DNA from: Shigella phage Sf25
Strand: one strand, 5' to 3'
Sequence record: MF327009
Length of the DNA: 64,000 bases
This document shows positions 62,695 through 64,000 of this stretch, piece after piece. Made by a program: the position numbers and the translations under genes. Position 1 is the first letter of the stretch, and each line of letters opens with the position of its first letter. Under the pieces are notes generated by a model, which saw nothing but the letters and a program-made list of their open reading frames with translations, searched no databases and had not been told where the DNA came from.

Positions 62695-62883
62695 TTAGTC
62701 ATAATAATCAGTAACAGTCCAAGCTTCATTTCTATTGGACATTATTTTTGTATATTCTGCTTTAAATGCATTCCTAAGCATAGATTCAGTAACTATATGC
62801 TCTTCATTAGAAAAATTATTTCTCAGAATATATCGTTTTATTTCAGGAAAAGTTAATAGATGCTGTCCAGTTGAATATTCCAT
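62695..62883 (-). CDS. Hypothetical protein
   Basis: ORF track 62 aa. Confidence 0.45.
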   Translation of the reverse strand: MEYSTGQHLLTFPEIKRYILRNNFSNEEHIVTESMLRNAFKAEYTKIMSNRNEAWTVTDYYD

Positions 62884-62938
62884 GTTTTTCCTCCATAGAG
62901 ATTATACTCTAATAAATTAAAGCATAATCTCTTATAAA

Positions 62939-64000
62939 TTAAACCATTACAGTAAATCGACCAACTTTCTTCATTTGAAGATGCTGACCATATTCTTGCG
63001 GGTCATGGTCTTTATGCGAAATTATAAAAACATTAGTGTTTTTCATTGAATTTATAATATTAGCTACACCTTTAATACCTTCGGCATCAAATGACCCATC
63101 AAACACTTCATCGAGTATTAACGTACTAATACTAACACCAGATACAATAGAAGCAATATCACGCCAAGTAAATAAAAGAGCAATATCAATTCGTGCTTTT
63201 TCACCTTCACTAAATGAAGCATAACTAAAATCTTCACGACCACGGGATTTAATTGTCTCATTAAATTCTTCATCTAATGTAAACACATAATCCGCTTCCA
63301 TTATTTTAAGATAATGGTTAATCTGCTTATTAAATAATGGAACGTACTTTTTAATAATAGCACCTTTAATACCAGAATCTTTGAGCATATCAGTCAAAAT
63401 TCCTCGGTGGTATTTTTCCATTACTAAATTAGTTTTTGTCTTAACAATTTTATCAAGTTCTTCTTGAAGCAGTGCTATTTCATCAGCATGGTCAATAAAC
63501 TCAGAAGATGCTTTTTCTATAGCTGCTTTAACTTTTTTAGCTTTATCTACCGTCGTGATTAGAGATTGCTTTTTATTGCGAATATCATTTGCCAACGACT
63601 GCTGAGTTTTAATATTATCTCGGTATTCATCAACAAGAACTTTTAAATTATCACGGTGTGTTGAAAGCTGTTCAAACGAATGCGTACATTCAGAAACTTT
63701 ATCTTTAATTTTAGAAACAACTTTATCACCGGAACTTAATTGTGACAAACAGGTTGGACATAATCCACCTTCGTGATACATATTAATGACTTTATTATAC
63801 GAGTCAATTTTTGATTTAATTAAAACTGCTTCTTGACCGATTTTATTAAATGCATCAGTCGGGTCTTCATCCAAAACAATATTAACTAATCTTTCGTTAG
63901 CTTCTTCTATTTCCGATTTTAGCGTTCTAGCTTCTTTTGCCAAATCATCATACATATTTTGTAGACGTGTAAGGTTGTCACCCGTTAATTTTTTCTGGCG
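62939..64000 (-). CDS. 46: Recombination endonuclease subunit gp46 (SbcC/Rad50-like), C-terminal part; gene continues beyond window end
   Basis: ABC-ATPase signature and Walker B region (LILDEVFDGSFD); coiled-coil with CxxC zinc hook (CPTC); reading frame stays open to position 64000. Confidence 0.88.
   Translation of the reverse strand, partial: RQKKLTGDNLTRLQNMYDDLAKEARTLKSEIEEANERLVNIVLDEDPTDAFNKIGQEAVLIKSKIDSYNKVINMYHEGGLCPTCLSQLSSGDKVVSKIKDKVSECTHSFEQLSTHRDNLKVLVDEYRDNIKTQQSLANDIRNKKQSLITTVDKAKKVKAAIEKASSEFIDHADEIALLQEELDKIVKTKTNLVMEKYHRGILTDMLKDSGIKGAIIKKYVPLFNKQINHYLKIMEADYVFTLDEEFNETIKSRGREDFSYASFSEGEKARIDIALLFTWRDIASIVSGVSISTLILDEVFDGSFDAEGIKGVANIINSMKNTNVFIISHKDHDPQEYGQHLQMKKVGRFTVMV

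Overview
This window is a contiguous segment of a T-even (T4-like, Tequatrovirus-type) myovirus genome. It spans the conventional T4 map origin (rIIB/rIIA junction). Gene order is nrdB'(partial)-nrdA-td-frd-32-(33/59)-dsbA-rnh on the minus strand, then the plus-strand late tail-fibre block 34-35-36-37-38-t, then minus-strand early/middle genes asiA-arn-motA-52-ndd-denB-rIIB-rIIA-39-...-dexA-dda-srd-modA/modB-soc-56-dam-61-sp-41-40-uvsX-glycosyltransferase-42-imm-43-regA-62-44-45-rpbA-46'(partial). Several loci look T2/T6-like rather than T4-like: td has no intron, gene 39 is unsplit (no gene 60 bypass), gene 38 is an adhesin with glycine-rich motifs, a GT-A-type glycosyltransferase sits at the beta-gt position, and no homing-endonuclease genes are seen. 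I found no tRNA genes, CRISPR arrays, integrases or transposases, and no convincing novel defence or anti-defence system. The most unusual signal is structural: at least eight exact tandem duplications (66-249 bp; five add exactly the residues by which nrdA, rIIA, 42, 43 and a small ORF exceed expected size) and at least six frame-disrupting or fusing lesions (33/59 fusion, 37, 38, t, 56, 62) in normally conserved genes. That density is hard to reconcile with a replication-competent wild-type phage and suggests assembly artefact, an engineered or synthetic sequence, or a defective genome. Reference gene lengths and sequences are from memory and unverified; all coordinates were read by eye and may be off by a few nucleotides at repeat boundaries.
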